IMG/VR virus record: IMGVR_UViG_3300022562_000051
Location: 108,581 to 172,580 of that record
Source of the DNA: a virus
Taxonomy: Duplodnaviria; Heunggongvirae; Uroviricota; Caudoviricetes
Reading direction: 5' to 3' (one strand)
DNA: 64,000 nt
Under the pieces are notes generated by a model. That model saw nothing but the letters and a program-made list of their open reading frames with translations, did not search any database and was not told the origin of the DNA. Below are positions 9,644 through 19,999 of this stretch, one piece after another. The position numbers and the translations under genes are program-made. Each line of letters opens with the position of its first letter. The stretch's first letter is position 1.

Positions 9644-9873
9644 TGGAAGAGAAAGCACCAGAGGTTGAAGTCCAAGAAAACCCAAAGTTGCGTGGACACG
9701 ATTTCTCGGGTTGGTTTCGCGGCGTGGCTCCGGTCTTTCGTCGTACCAAGGAAAGGGATCACTCAGCCAATCAATTGAAGCTATATAGTCCATGCTCTTG
9801 CGGCAGTGGAAAGAAGTATAAGTGGTGCTGCAAGGGCAAGGATAAGTTTGTCCTGAATACGGATGCGGGGTAG
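9643..9873 (+). CDS. SEC-C motif small protein
   Basis: C-terminal CSCGSGKKYKWCC = SecA-type SEC-C zinc motif. Confidence 0.5.
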   Translation: MEEKAPEVEVQENPKLRGHDFSGWFRGVAPVFRRTKERDHSANQLKLYSPCSCGSGKKYKWCCKGKDKFVLNTDAG

Positions 9874-9938
9874 TTCAGAAGTAGAACGCTGGATTCATAA
9901 TCCAGAGGTCGGTGGTGCGAATCCATCCCCCGCTACCA
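9864..9938 (+). tRNA. tRNA-Met/Ile2-like (anticodon CAT)
   Basis: Cloverleaf by eye: anticodon arm CTGGA-TTCATAA-TCCAG, T-arm GGTGG-TGCGAAT-CCATC, 3' CCA encoded. Apparent U1-U72 mismatch. Confidence 0.6.
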
Positions 9939-9948
9939 TGGAGTAGCC

Positions 9949-10146
9949 ATGTATATCGAAAACGAGCGCAAGACTACCAAGATGCTTAATACGAGAGTAG
10001 ATTCAGAAATGTTCTACTCTCTAAAAGCATTGTCTGACAGAACCGGCATGGGAATCAGCCCTATCATGCGGCTGGCAATCGCGCAGCTTTTAGAAAAGGC
10101 GCGTGAGAAGAAACCCTCAAGTTGGGAAGAACTAAAGAATCTATAA
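9949..10146 (+). CDS. hypothetical small protein
   Basis: ORF. Confidence 0.3.
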   Translation: MYIENERKTTKMLNTRVDSEMFYSLKALSDRTGMGISPIMRLAIAQLLEKAREKKPSSWEELKNL

Positions 10147-10147
10147 G

Positions 10148-10459
10148 GTGAATAAAATGCAACTGAAAGTCGTAAAGCTAATGAGTGGTGAGGAAATCTT
10201 CGGTGAAGTTGTCGAAGAGTCCGATACCGATATCACAATCAGGAATCCGCTGGCTATCATGCTAGGACGCTCCCCAAATGGTGACGTTCAGGTTGGATTC
10301 GTTCCTTTCGCAATGTATCTCGGCAGGGAACCAAGGGTTACATTTAAGATCAATAACCTCGTCATGATCAACGAAGTAGTTGACGAGCGGATGGTAAACC
10401 AGTATAATAGTGCCTTCGGTGGCATTGTGACCCCGCCCAAACAGCTAATTGTTGGATAA
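10148..10459 (+). CDS. hypothetical protein
   Basis: ORF with AGGTG RBS. Confidence 0.35.
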   Translation: MNKMQLKVVKLMSGEEIFGEVVEESDTDITIRNPLAIMLGRSPNGDVQVGFVPFAMYLGREPRVTFKINNLVMINEVVDERMVNQYNSAFGGIVTPPKQLIVG

Positions 10460-11040
10460 TGTTCATTAAAGACATATACAGTCACAAAGATGGCGAAAAG
10501 TTCATCCGCGATAATCATCCGAAAGAACTAGACGATATTTTTGAGGCTGTCGCTTCTCTGGATGTTAGAGAGGTTTTTTCTAAGTCTTCCTTAGAAGTTA
10601 ACAAACCCTCTATCGTGTTTTCTCCTATTGCGATTAATAAGGGATTGAAAAATTTCTTGTGTGATCGTGGCTGGACTCGCCGCACTGACGTTGGGCGAAA
10701 GGGATTTGTGGAACCCCGTCTAAAACTAAGTCATAAAGAATTTCGCGAACTGGATGGGTTGAAAAATAAGGTTGGGCTGGAAGTCCAGTTTGGCAAGTAT
10801 TCCTTTATGGCATATGACATTTTTACCAAAATGCCAATCTTTGCTAACAGGGGTTTGATTGATTGTGGAATCGAAATTGTGGCTTCCGCAAAGATGATCA
10901 AGTATATGAGTACCGGAGTGGGATCGTATACACAAATTGTGACCGACATGAGAGAACGCGGCGTAGCTGATATTGATATACCCACTATTGTAATCGGATT
11001 AGATTGCACCAATAAAGAATATCAGACAGTTGGAATATAA
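10459..11040 (+). CDS. hypothetical protein
   Basis: ORF, TAATG junctions on both sides. Confidence 0.35.
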   Translation: MFIKDIYSHKDGEKFIRDNHPKELDDIFEAVASLDVREVFSKSSLEVNKPSIVFSPIAINKGLKNFLCDRGWTRRTDVGRKGFVEPRLKLSHKEFRELDGLKNKVGLEVQFGKYSFMAYDIFTKMPIFANRGLIDCGIEIVASAKMIKYMSTGVGSYTQIVTDMRERGVADIDIPTIVIGLDCTNKEYQTVGI

Positions 11041-13598
11041 TGGATTTTTACACAAACGTCAGGGTCTACGGCAAGTTTATCCTGTATCGCGGCGTCGAAG
11101 GCGGGAAACATGTTTCCCGTCGCGTAGCCTATCGTCCGACGTTCTTTGTTCCGACTAAGAACAAATCGAAGTACAAGACTCTCGCTGGCAACTATGTCGA
11201 ACCGATTGAACCGGGAGACATTAACGATGCGCGGGAGTTTCTTGATCGCTATCGGGACGTAGACACGTTTCCGATCTACGGAAACAACCGCTACGAGTAT
11301 ACTTACGTTTCTGACCAGTTTCCCGAAGACGTACTTTGGGATCGTAAGTATATCAACGTTGCGTATCTGGATATCGAAGTGGGTTCCGAGAATGGATTCC
11401 CCGAACCAGAACGTGCTGCCGAAGAAGTGCTAGCCATCACGGTCAAGATCAATGACCGATTCTTCACTTTCGGTACTGGCGAATACAAGCCGCATCGTGA
11501 TGATGTAGATTACACACGCTGCAAGGACGAGGTTGAGCTACTCAAGGCGTTCCTCGCATTCTGGTCGGTGCGGTATCCTGATATCATCACTGGCTGGAAC
11601 GTTAAGTTCTTCGACATTCCGTACCTGATCAATCGCATGATTCGCGTCTTGGGTGAGAAGGAAGCTAATGTCTTTTCACCATGGAAGAAGGTCAAGGCTC
11701 GCGAAACCTATATCATGAATCGTAAGCACCTGTCTTACGAGGTCTTCGGTATTGCCACGCTGGATTATCAAGACCTGTATCGCAAGTATTCCCCGAAGTC
11801 CTCGCAAGAGTCTTATCGGCTGGATCACATTGCGTTCGTGGAGCTTGGTGAGAAGAAGTTGGATTACTCCGAATACGAGACTCTGCACCAACTCTATAAG
11901 TTCGATTTCCAGAAGTACATCGAATACAACATTCATGACGTATATCTGGTCGAGCAGATCGAAGAGCGCGGACTGTACTCGTCCAAACTAATTGAACTAG
12001 CCTTGACGCTAGCCTATGACAACAAGTGTAATTACGAGGATGTATTCATGCAGACTCGTATGTGGGATGCCATCATCTTCAATCATCTTAAGAAGAAGGG
12101 CATTGTCATTCCGCAGCAAAAGTTGGGTGACAAGGATAGTGCGTATTCAGGAGCATACGTCAAGGAACCGATTCCCGGCATGTATCATTGGGTGGTGTCG
12201 TTCGACCTGAACTCACTGTATCCGCATCTGATCATGCAGTACAACATTTCGCCAGAGACTTTGATCGAACCGGATCAGTACACGCCAGAAATGCGTGAGA
12301 TTCATCCGACTGTCAGTGTGGATTCGATTCTGAATGGCGAGTTAGACCTGTCTTGTCTAAAGGCTCTTAACGTTACGGTAACACCTAACAAGCAGTTCTA
12401 CACCACTGCCAAGCGCGGCTTCCTTGGCGAAATCATGGACACCATGTATAAGGATCGCAGCCGCTACAAGAAATTAGCCATTGAGTCTAAGAAAAAGTTG
12501 CAGGAAGTCAAGGACGATCCGAATCAGGTTGCGTACATGCAGCGTGAGATTGCGCGATATAATAACCTACAGATGGCGAAGAAGGTATCCCTGAACTCCG
12601 CATACGGTGCTATCGGTAATCAGTATTTCCGGTTCTTCGATATTCGAAACGCGGAAGGAATTACGCTAGGTGGACAGTTGTCTGCTAGGTGGATAGAAAA
12701 CCACATGAATGCTTATTTGAATAAGCTTCTCGGCACCACCAACGAGGATTACGTGATCGCTTGCGATACCGATTCCATGTATCTGAATCTGGATAGTCTG
12801 GTCAAGAAGGTCTATGGTGCGGATGGCAAGGTAAGCGCACCAAAGTCCAAGATCATCGAATTTCTGGATAAGGTCTGTGAGCAGAAGATGCAGCCGTTCA
12901 TTGACAAGTCGTTCAAGGAATTGGCTGACTACGTTAATGCGTATGAGCAGAAGATGTTCATGAAGCGCGAGTCCCTGTGTGATCGTGCTATCTGGACTGC
13001 TAAGAAACGTTACATTCTCAACATCTGGAACGAGGAAGGTGTTGAGTACAAGGAACCAAAGATTAAGATCACCGGTCTGGAAGCTATTAAGTCTTCCACG
13101 CCAGCCGCATGTCGCTCCAAGATTCGTGAAGGCATCAAGCTGATTCTGGACAAGGATGAAGGCACGGTCATTAATTTCATTGAGGCGTTCCGTACTGAAT
13201 TCCGCAAGCTGCCGGTTGAGGATATCTCGTTTCCTCGCGGCGTCAACTCGCTGGACGATTACAAGAGCGAGGATCACCTGTATCGGAAGGGAACTCCGAT
13301 TCACGTAAAGGGCGCAATGCTCTACAATCAGATGCTTCTCAAGAAGAAGCTCGGTAACAAGTTTGAGAAGATCAAGGGTGGCGAAAAGATCAAGTTCTGC
13401 TATCTAAAGCAGCCTAATCCATTTTACAACAACACTATAGCGTTCATAAATACTCTACCGAAAGAACTTGGAGTTCACGATTACATAGACTACGATACGC
13501 AATTCGATAAGTCGTTCGTAGAACCAATGAAGACAATCCTCAATGCCATCGGCTGGAAGGCAGAAAGGGTGTCTACGTTGGACGCTTTCTTTTCGTAA
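11040..13598 (+). CDS. DNA polymerase, family B (T4 gp43-like)
   Basis: 852 aa. Exo I YLDIEV, pol motifs DLNSLYPH, K...YGA, YCDTDS. Confidence 0.85.
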   Translation: MDFYTNVRVYGKFILYRGVEGGKHVSRRVAYRPTFFVPTKNKSKYKTLAGNYVEPIEPGDINDAREFLDRYRDVDTFPIYGNNRYEYTYVSDQFPEDVLWDRKYINVAYLDIEVGSENGFPEPERAAEEVLAITVKINDRFFTFGTGEYKPHRDDVDYTRCKDEVELLKAFLAFWSVRYPDIITGWNVKFFDIPYLINRMIRVLGEKEANVFSPWKKVKARETYIMNRKHLSYEVFGIATLDYQDLYRKYSPKSSQESYRLDHIAFVELGEKKLDYSEYETLHQLYKFDFQKYIEYNIHDVYLVEQIEERGLYSSKLIELALTLAYDNKCNYEDVFMQTRMWDAIIFNHLKKKGIVIPQQKLGDKDSAYSGAYVKEPIPGMYHWVVSFDLNSLYPHLIMQYNISPETLIEPDQYTPEMREIHPTVSVDSILNGELDLSCLKALNVTVTPNKQFYTTAKRGFLGEIMDTMYKDRSRYKKLAIESKKKLQEVKDDPNQVAYMQREIARYNNLQMAKKVSLNSAYGAIGNQYFRFFDIRNAEGITLGGQLSARWIENHMNAYLNKLLGTTNEDYVIACDTDSMYLNLDSLVKKVYGADGKVSAPKSKIIEFLDKVCEQKMQPFIDKSFKELADYVNAYEQKMFMKRESLCDRAIWTAKKRYILNIWNEEGVEYKEPKIKITGLEAIKSSTPAACRSKIREGIKLILDKDEGTVINFIEAFRTEFRKLPVEDISFPRGVNSLDDYKSEDHLYRKGTPIHVKGAMLYNQMLLKKKLGNKFEKIKGGEKIKFCYLKQPNPFYNNTIAFINTLPKELGVHDYIDYDTQFDKSFVEPMKTILNAIGWKAERVSTLDAFFS

Positions 13599-13613
13599 CA
13601 AAGGTAGATAAAA

Positions 13614-14537
13614 ATGTTGATGGCACTATTGGCATTCCTCGCGGGGTTTGCCCTCTCTGGAACAGCAGCCTACTATTCCATTATTGGACTGGTGGCTATC
13701 TTTCCCGGTGCGAAGATTCCAATTATTGTCATGGGCGTTGCGCTGGAATTCGCGAAGCTGGTTGCAGCATCGTGGATTTATCGTAACTGGCGAACTTCAC
13801 CGAAGTTGATCAAGGGATATATGACACTCGCTGTCATCGTCCTCATGTTCATTACTTCGATGGGAATCTTCGGTTTCCTTTCCAAATCACACTTAGACCA
13901 TTCTCTGACTGTTGGCGTTGAAACCACAGCCCAAATCCAGACCCTAGACGGGCGGATAGCAGCCGGGGAAAGCCGGGTTGACTTCATTTCGCGTCAAATA
14001 AAGTCAATTGACGATTCAATGACGAAATATATTGACATGGGGTATGTGACCAAAGGGCTAGAGCAGATGAAGAGGTTCGAAGCGGATCGCAAGGCTCTTG
14101 AAGAGCAGCGAGTCGCGGCTGAGTCCGAGGTTCTGGAACTTAAGGCTAAGAGGAATGAGCTTGAAGTTAGCGTCAAGAAACAGCAAGCCGAAGTCGGTCC
14201 TCTGCGCTACATAGCTGAATTAGTTTATGGTGAAGCAGACGCAGCATCCCACTTTGATGAAACTGTAAGATGGGTTATTATTCTGTTGGTGGCGGTCTTT
14301 GATCCTCTTGCTATTGCCTTGTTGCTGGCTGGTAACATATCGCTAATGCAAAGAGTGGTGCAAAACAACATACCATATTCGGTTGAAGTTCCATTAAAAT
14401 CCACCGAAAAGGTTGACGAAGAGGCTGAAATCGTGTATACTGCGAATAGTGAGCCAGTTCAACCGATGGTCGTAGAAAATCCACAGGTTGAGGAAGATGA
14501 TTGGCACAAGAACCGCGAAGGTTGGTATCAGAGGTAA
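13614..14537 (+). CDS. membrane protein with coiled-coil region
   Basis: Three N-terminal TM helices, central heptad-rich region, C-terminal TM. Confidence 0.4.
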   Translation: MLMALLAFLAGFALSGTAAYYSIIGLVAIFPGAKIPIIVMGVALEFAKLVAASWIYRNWRTSPKLIKGYMTLAVIVLMFITSMGIFGFLSKSHLDHSLTVGVETTAQIQTLDGRIAAGESRVDFISRQIKSIDDSMTKYIDMGYVTKGLEQMKRFEADRKALEEQRVAAESEVLELKAKRNELEVSVKKQQAEVGPLRYIAELVYGEADAASHFDETVRWVIILLVAVFDPLAIALLLAGNISLMQRVVQNNIPYSVEVPLKSTEKVDEEAEIVYTANSEPVQPMVVENPQVEEDDWHKNREGWYQR

Positions 14538-14538
14538 T

Positions 14539-15586
14539 TATGGCTAAAGCTAAGAATAGTTTGTTTGATGATCTGTTGGGAACCATTGAGAATGATTACG
14601 CGGGTGTAGTCAGTGATGGTACGGCAGCAGACGTTTCAGGATGGACAGATACGGGCAGCATGTCATTGAATGCGCTCCTGTCCGGTTCAATCTACGGTGG
14701 TTTCCCCGATAATAAGGTGACAGCCCTCGCGGGTGAACCATCCACTGGTAAGACATGGTATGCGCTACAAGCGGTCAAGTCGTTCCTTGAGAACAACCCC
14801 GATGGTGGTGCATTCGTTTTCGAATCCGAGTCAGCAATCAGTCGGAAGATGATGGAAGAGCGCGGCATTGATGTGTCCCGCACGTACCTTATTCCAGTCA
14901 CTACGATTCAGGAATTTCGCACACAGGCTGTTCGAATTCTTGACAAGTATCTGGAAATGGACGAGTCTGATCGTCAGCCGATGATGATGGTGCTTGACTC
15001 CCTTGGCATGTTGTCCACCGAGAAGGAAGTCTCGGATATCGCGGACGGTAAGGACACACGCGACATGACCCGCGCACAGTTGATTCGCGGCGCGTTCCGT
15101 GTTCTGACCTTGAAGCTAGGTCGTGCCAAGGTTCCTATGATTATCACCAACCACGTATACGATGTTGTCGGATCATACATTCCGATGAAGAAGATGGGTG
15201 GTGGTGCTGGTCTTGAATACGCAGCTTCGACTATCATCTTCCTTTCGAAGAAGAAGGAAAAGCAGGGTGATGAACAGGTTGGTAATGTCATCACTGCGAA
15301 GTTGCAGAAGTCCCGCCAGACTATCGAACAGAAGAAGGTATCCACGCTTCTGTATTTCGAAAAGGGACTGGATCGTTACTATGGATTGTTGGATATCGCG
15401 GAAGCAGCGGGGTTAGTGAAGAAAGTAGCAAATAAGTTTGAGTTTGCCGATGGAACAAAGGCATTCGAATCTGTGATCGTGAAGAACCCCGAGAAGTATT
15501 TCACTGACGATCTGCTGGCACAGATTGATGAAGCCTGCAAGAAGGAGTTCCTATATGGGCAGACTAATAACATCACTACAGAGTAA
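14539..15586 (+). CDS. uvsX: UvsX-like RecA-family recombinase
   Basis: Walker A GEPSTGKT, RecA-fold core, T4 UvsX-like N-terminus; AGAGG RBS. Confidence 0.8.
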
Positions 15587-16100
15587 GTGGGCAACATTTC
15601 GATTCTGGTTAGCTTGCAAACTCTTTAAAAGAGGACGCGATTACGTAGTCAGTAAAGACGAAAATGACGTTGCACTGATTGAGATTACTCGCGGCAAGTA
15701 CAAGGGCATCAAGTTTGCATTTGGTGGAATCCACCTAGAAGAAGAGAATGGTACAGGAACACTTGAATTTCGTACCTATGTCCTGTATAATCCAAACAAT
15801 GCCGATATAACCAGTAAGAGATTCGTTGGAATTACATCTAATATCCTGCGTGTCCTGCTGCAAGAAGTTGCTAGAGAGAGTGTAAATGAAGCTAGAGAGA
15901 ATGATTCTGCTGAATCTGATGAAGAACGAGGAGTACGCGAGGAAAGCACTCCCGTTCTTGAAAGACGAGTATCTCGCGGAGAGTCCAGAAAGGAAAGTAT
16001 TTCAGGAGATACGGAACTACACCCTGAAATACAACAAGCTTCCAAGCGCAAGCGCGGTGGGACTCGCACTGCAAGAAAGATCAGACCTAACAGAAAGTGA
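15555..16100 (+). CDS. hypothetical protein. Its 3' end overlaps the helicase gene out of frame
   Basis: AAGGAG RBS; C-terminal 70 aa is charged and low-complexity. Confidence 0.35.
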   Translation: MGRLITSLQSKWATFRFWLACKLFKRGRDYVVSKDENDVALIEITRGKYKGIKFAFGGIHLEEENGTGTLEFRTYVLYNPNNADITSKRFVGITSNILRVLLQEVARESVNEARENDSAESDEERGVREESTPVLERRVSRGESRKESISGDTELHPEIQQASKRKRGGTRTARKIRPNRK

Positions 16101-17250
16101 ATATAAGACTTGCGGTGCCATCCTCAAGGAGCTATCAACAGCTTCGGTAGAGGGTGACACTCCATGGTTGATAGATACTACAGAGAAGTTCTGTCAGGAA
16201 AAGGCAATCTACAATGCAATCATGGATTCAATTCAAATCCTTGATGGAAAGGACACTAACCGGGATAAGGGGAGTATTCCTCTTCTGCTTTCTGACGCTT
16301 TGGGTGTATCTTTTGATCCTCATGTGGGTCATGACTATATTGACAAGTGGGCTGATAGATATGATTTTTACCACAAAGTCGAAAACCGAATCCCGTTCGA
16401 CCTCGCGTACTTCAACAAAATCACAAGCGGGGGAATCCCAAGAAAGACCCTGAGTATTGTGATGGCAGGAACCGGTGTCGGTAAGTCCCTAGCCATGTGT
16501 CATTTTGCAGCCGCTAATCTCTTGCAGGGATACAACGTCCTGTATATCACTCTGGAAATGGCAGAGGAACGTATCGCGGAACGTATTGACGCTAATCTCA
16601 TGAACGTGACCATGGACGATCTTAAGCTATTGTCCAAGGATATGTACGAAAAGAGAATGAGAAGCATCATGGGTAAGACCACTGGCAAGCTGATCATCAA
16701 GGAATATCCAACGGCGTCAGCCCACACTGGTCATTTCCGTGCGCTTCTGAATGACCTCAAGATCAAGCGTAATTTCGAACCTGACGTAATCTTTGTGGAC
16801 TACCTGAACATCTGCGCATCTGCACGTATCAAGGCTGGCGCTAATGTCAACTCTTACACCTATGTCAAAGCCATTGCGGAAGAACTGCGTGGGCTGGCGG
16901 TGGAGTTCGACGTTGCTATCTTCTCAGCTACGCAGACAACCCGTTCTGGATACACGAATTCTGACCCCGGTCTGGAAGATACCTCAGAGTCTTTCGGTCT
17001 GCCGAATACGGCTGACCTGATGTTTGCCCTGATCAGCACTGAGGAATTGGAAGCCTTGAACCAGATTATGGTCAAGCAGTTGAAAAATAGGTATAACGAT
17101 CCGACGCTAAATAAGAGATTCACCGTGGGTATTGACAGGGCGAGGATGAAGTTGTATGATCTGCATCAGAGTGCGCAGACAGCAATTACGGACTCCGGTC
17201 AACCAACCACAGATTCGGGTAAGTCTAAATTTAGCGGGTTGAAGGTCTAA
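15886..17250 (+). CDS. replicative DNA helicase, DnaB family (T4 gp41-like)
   Basis: N-terminus alignable to the T4 gp41 start; Walker A GTGVGKS, Walker B VIFVDYL. Confidence 0.8.
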   Translation: MKLERMILLNLMKNEEYARKALPFLKDEYLAESPERKVFQEIRNYTLKYNKLPSASAVGLALQERSDLTESEYKTCGAILKELSTASVEGDTPWLIDTTEKFCQEKAIYNAIMDSIQILDGKDTNRDKGSIPLLLSDALGVSFDPHVGHDYIDKWADRYDFYHKVENRIPFDLAYFNKITSGGIPRKTLSIVMAGTGVGKSLAMCHFAAANLLQGYNVLYITLEMAEERIAERIDANLMNVTMDDLKLLSKDMYEKRMRSIMGKTTGKLIIKEYPTASAHTGHFRALLNDLKIKRNFEPDVIFVDYLNICASARIKAGANVNSYTYVKAIAEELRGLAVEFDVAIFSATQTTRSGYTNSDPGLEDTSESFGLPNTADLMFALISTEELEALNQIMVKQLKNRYNDPTLNKRFTVGIDRARMKLYDLHQSAQTAITDSGQPTTDSGKSKFSGLKV

Positions 17251-18074
17251 TGGCAGCACAGCAGGGTAATCAATACGAAAAGAATGTAGCCAAGTTCTTG
17301 CAAAGCAAGGGTTTGGTTGACAGAAATTTTCAGCCTGCCGGTTCTATGAGTGACCGCGCCGACCTTGAAATGGTGTGGACACCACCCACCAAAAAGAAGC
17401 CTGTGGATATTAATGTCGAACTCAAGATTGAAGCTGCATCTGGCGGCTCTCTGGTTTTGAAATGGGACAAGGGTGTATGGGGGTTTGAGGATAAAAGGAT
17501 TCTGCGCGACAACCCCGAAAAGTTATTCTTAGCGGAACTAGCCGAGAAAGCTGGCGCACTGAAAGAACTCAACAAGGAATGGAAAGGTATTCCTTCCAAG
17601 TATGCTAATATCAACAGTCGCGATTTGGCAGAGAAGCGGGTTGCCGCAGCGTGGAAAGATGCCAAGGATAGAAAGTCTAAGGATATCATTTACAATAAAG
17701 AGTTGAAGATATTCTCAGAGGCAAACGATTCCCTGCGTAGTGATGTTATTGCTAGATACTATGCGCAAAAGGATACCTATTACATCAATGTGGGAACTAA
17801 TGGTTTCTATACATTAGGGAATGCCGATCCAGCCGACATTAATAGTAATTGTCGAAAGAACGGTCTTGCCCCACTACCTAATTTTGGTAAGCTTGCTAAT
17901 CTAAAGTGGAGAGCAAGAGTTCAACCCAAGGGTGGCGGTAATTTCCAATACACATTTGAGTTGTCGTTCACTATTAACAAGTCTGCCAACTCACCATACA
18001 ATATTGGTCCCTGCAAGGGCGGTGGTGACGTTAGAATTTTGAAGGACAAGGCAAACCTGAATTGTTTCTTATAA
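17250..18074 (+). CDS. hypothetical protein
   Basis: ORF, TAATG junction. Confidence 0.35.
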   Translation: MAAQQGNQYEKNVAKFLQSKGLVDRNFQPAGSMSDRADLEMVWTPPTKKKPVDINVELKIEAASGGSLVLKWDKGVWGFEDKRILRDNPEKLFLAELAEKAGALKELNKEWKGIPSKYANINSRDLAEKRVAAAWKDAKDRKSKDIIYNKELKIFSEANDSLRSDVIARYYAQKDTYYINVGTNGFYTLGNADPADINSNCRKNGLAPLPNFGKLANLKWRARVQPKGGGNFQYTFELSFTINKSANSPYNIGPCKGGGDVRILKDKANLNCFL

Positions 18075-18083
18075 GGTGATATC

Positions 18084-19070
18084 ATGGCTATTTTGGTTAC
18101 TGGTGGATGTGGGTTTATAGGTAGCAACTTCATTCGGCGTTGGTTATCCATGAATGATGAGGAAATCATCAATCTGGATAAGATGACTTATGCGGCTGAC
18201 CCCACGATTAACGAAACGTTCAAGAAAGATTCCCGCTATCACTTCTACAAGGGTGACATTGCTGATCTGAATGACGTTGCGACGGTCATGATGGGCTGGC
18301 GTCCTCGCGCAGTCATCAACTTTGCTGCTGAGTCCCACGTTGACAACTCCATTGCAAACGCATATCCGTTCGTTAACACAAACGTCTTCGGTACGTTCAA
18401 TCTGCTGGAATGCGTTCGCCAGACCGATCCAACCATTCGATTCATTCATGTGTCTACGGATGAAGTCTATGGATCGTTGGGTAGGTATGACAGTCCGTTC
18501 ACCGAAAAGACTCCATACGATCCGCGTAGTCCGTACAGCGCAAGCAAGGCAGCGTCCGATCACTTAGTGTCAGCTTATCACCACACCCACAAGCTACAGA
18601 CAATTATCACTAATTGCTCTAATAACTATGGTCCGTGGCAGAACCCCGAAAAGCTAATTCCTGTCATTATACGCAATGCCTTGGTAGATGCCCCGATTCC
18701 CATTTATGGCAACGGATTAAATATTAGAGATTGGATTTTCGTTACGGATCATGTAGATGCGTTGATAGAAATTCTTGAAAGAGGCGTTATTGGCGAATCC
18801 TACAATATTGGTGGGAACGCAGAATTTGAAAACCTACAGATCGCCAAGATGATTCTAACTATCCTTAATAAGCCCCATGAGCTTATTAAGTTTGTTGAGG
18901 ATCGCAAGGGACACGATTTCAGGTACGCCATAAATAATGATAAGGTCTTCTTGGACATTGGTTGGCGTCCAAGGACTAAGTTCATAGATGGTCTGGAAAA
19001 GACCGTGCTGTGGTATCAAAATCATACACAATGGATACAATCATGTCTGAATCGCTCCAAGAATGGGTAG
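18084..19070 (+). CDS. rmlB: dTDP-glucose 4,6-dehydratase
   Basis: GGCGFIGSNF Rossmann; catalytic YSASKA; NYGP. Confidence 0.8.
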   Translation: MAILVTGGCGFIGSNFIRRWLSMNDEEIINLDKMTYAADPTINETFKKDSRYHFYKGDIADLNDVATVMMGWRPRAVINFAAESHVDNSIANAYPFVNTNVFGTFNLLECVRQTDPTIRFIHVSTDEVYGSLGRYDSPFTEKTPYDPRSPYSASKAASDHLVSAYHHTHKLQTIITNCSNNYGPWQNPEKLIPVIIRNALVDAPIPIYGNGLNIRDWIFVTDHVDALIEILERGVIGESYNIGGNAEFENLQIAKMILTILNKPHELIKFVEDRKGHDFRYAINNDKVFLDIGWRPRTKFIDGLEKTVLWYQNHTQWIQSCLNRSKNG

Positions 19071-19999
19071 ATAACGTACCCACAATTCCAAAGACTCTCG
19101 GTATAATCCTAGCGGGTGGTAAGTCCACAAGGCTATATCCGGCTACGCTTGTCTCTACAAAGCAAGTCCTGCCGATCTACGATAAGCCTCTGATCTACTA
19201 TCCACTCACTACCCTGATGCTAGCTGGCATCAAGGATTTTATCGTTATCTCCACACCGAAAGAAAAGCCGGTCTTCGAAGAGTTGTTCTATGACTCTAAG
19301 AATACGCTCGGCATCAACATTCGGTTTCTGACGCAGGACTATCCTCGCGGCATTGCCGACGCATTTAATGTAATCAATGATGCGTTCCTTGAGGACATTG
19401 AACAGTATGAAGCCTTTGCTCTTGTGCTAGGAGACAATATCTTCCACGGTGCTGCGCTGTCAGCTATGATGGAGAGTGCCATGTATCGCGTGTGGGAAGA
19501 TGGTTACTGCGTGATCTTTCCGACACTGGTTACAAATCCAAAGCGATTTGGTGTGGTAGAATTTGGTGATGAGGGCAAGGTTGTTTCTCTGGAAGAAAAG
19601 CCAGAGCATCCGAAGAGCAACTATGCCATCACCGGTTTGTACTTCTTCCCCAAGGATGTACTGGAACGCATTCGTTATTTGAAGCCATCCGTTCGCGGAG
19701 AATTGGAAGTTACTCATTTGGTGGAGACATATCTTCACAGCGGAAACCTGATTGGTCAGAAACTCCTGCGTGGTATGGTGTGGTTCGATACTGGAACACC
19801 CGATTCCATGATGGAAGCTTCGACCATGATACAACTAATTCAGCGGCATCAGGGATTGATGGTTGGATGCCCACATGAAGTTGCCTACGAAAAGGAATGG
19901 ATTGATAAGGAAGACTTGCTAGCAACAGCGGGATTGTGTGAAAAATCAACTTACGGTGAATACCTAATGAAACTCTTGGAGAAAGATAATGCTGAGTAA
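19031..19999 (+). CDS. rmlA: glucose-1-phosphate thymidylyltransferase
   Basis: GIILAGGKSTRLYP...; start ambiguous (19031 or 19043). Confidence 0.75.
   Translation: MDTIMSESLQEWVDNVPTIPKTLGIILAGGKSTRLYPATLVSTKQVLPIYDKPLIYYPLTTLMLAGIKDFIVISTPKEKPVFEELFYDSKNTLGINIRFLTQDYPRGIADAFNVINDAFLEDIEQYEAFALVLGDNIFHGAALSAMMESAMYRVWEDGYCVIFPTLVTNPKRFGVVEFGDEGKVVSLEEKPEHPKSNYAITGLYFFPKDVLERIRYLKPSVRGELEVTHLVETYLHSGNLIGQKLLRGMVWFDTGTPDSMMEASTMIQLIQRHQGLMVGCPHEVAYEKEWIDKEDLLATAGLCEKSTYGEYLMKLLEKDNAE

Noticed and set aside
12666-13304. 212-aa minus-strand ORF inside the DNA polymerase gene
   Set aside because: Overlaps the strongly supported family-B polymerase CDS; low-complexity Leu/Ile-rich antisense translation.
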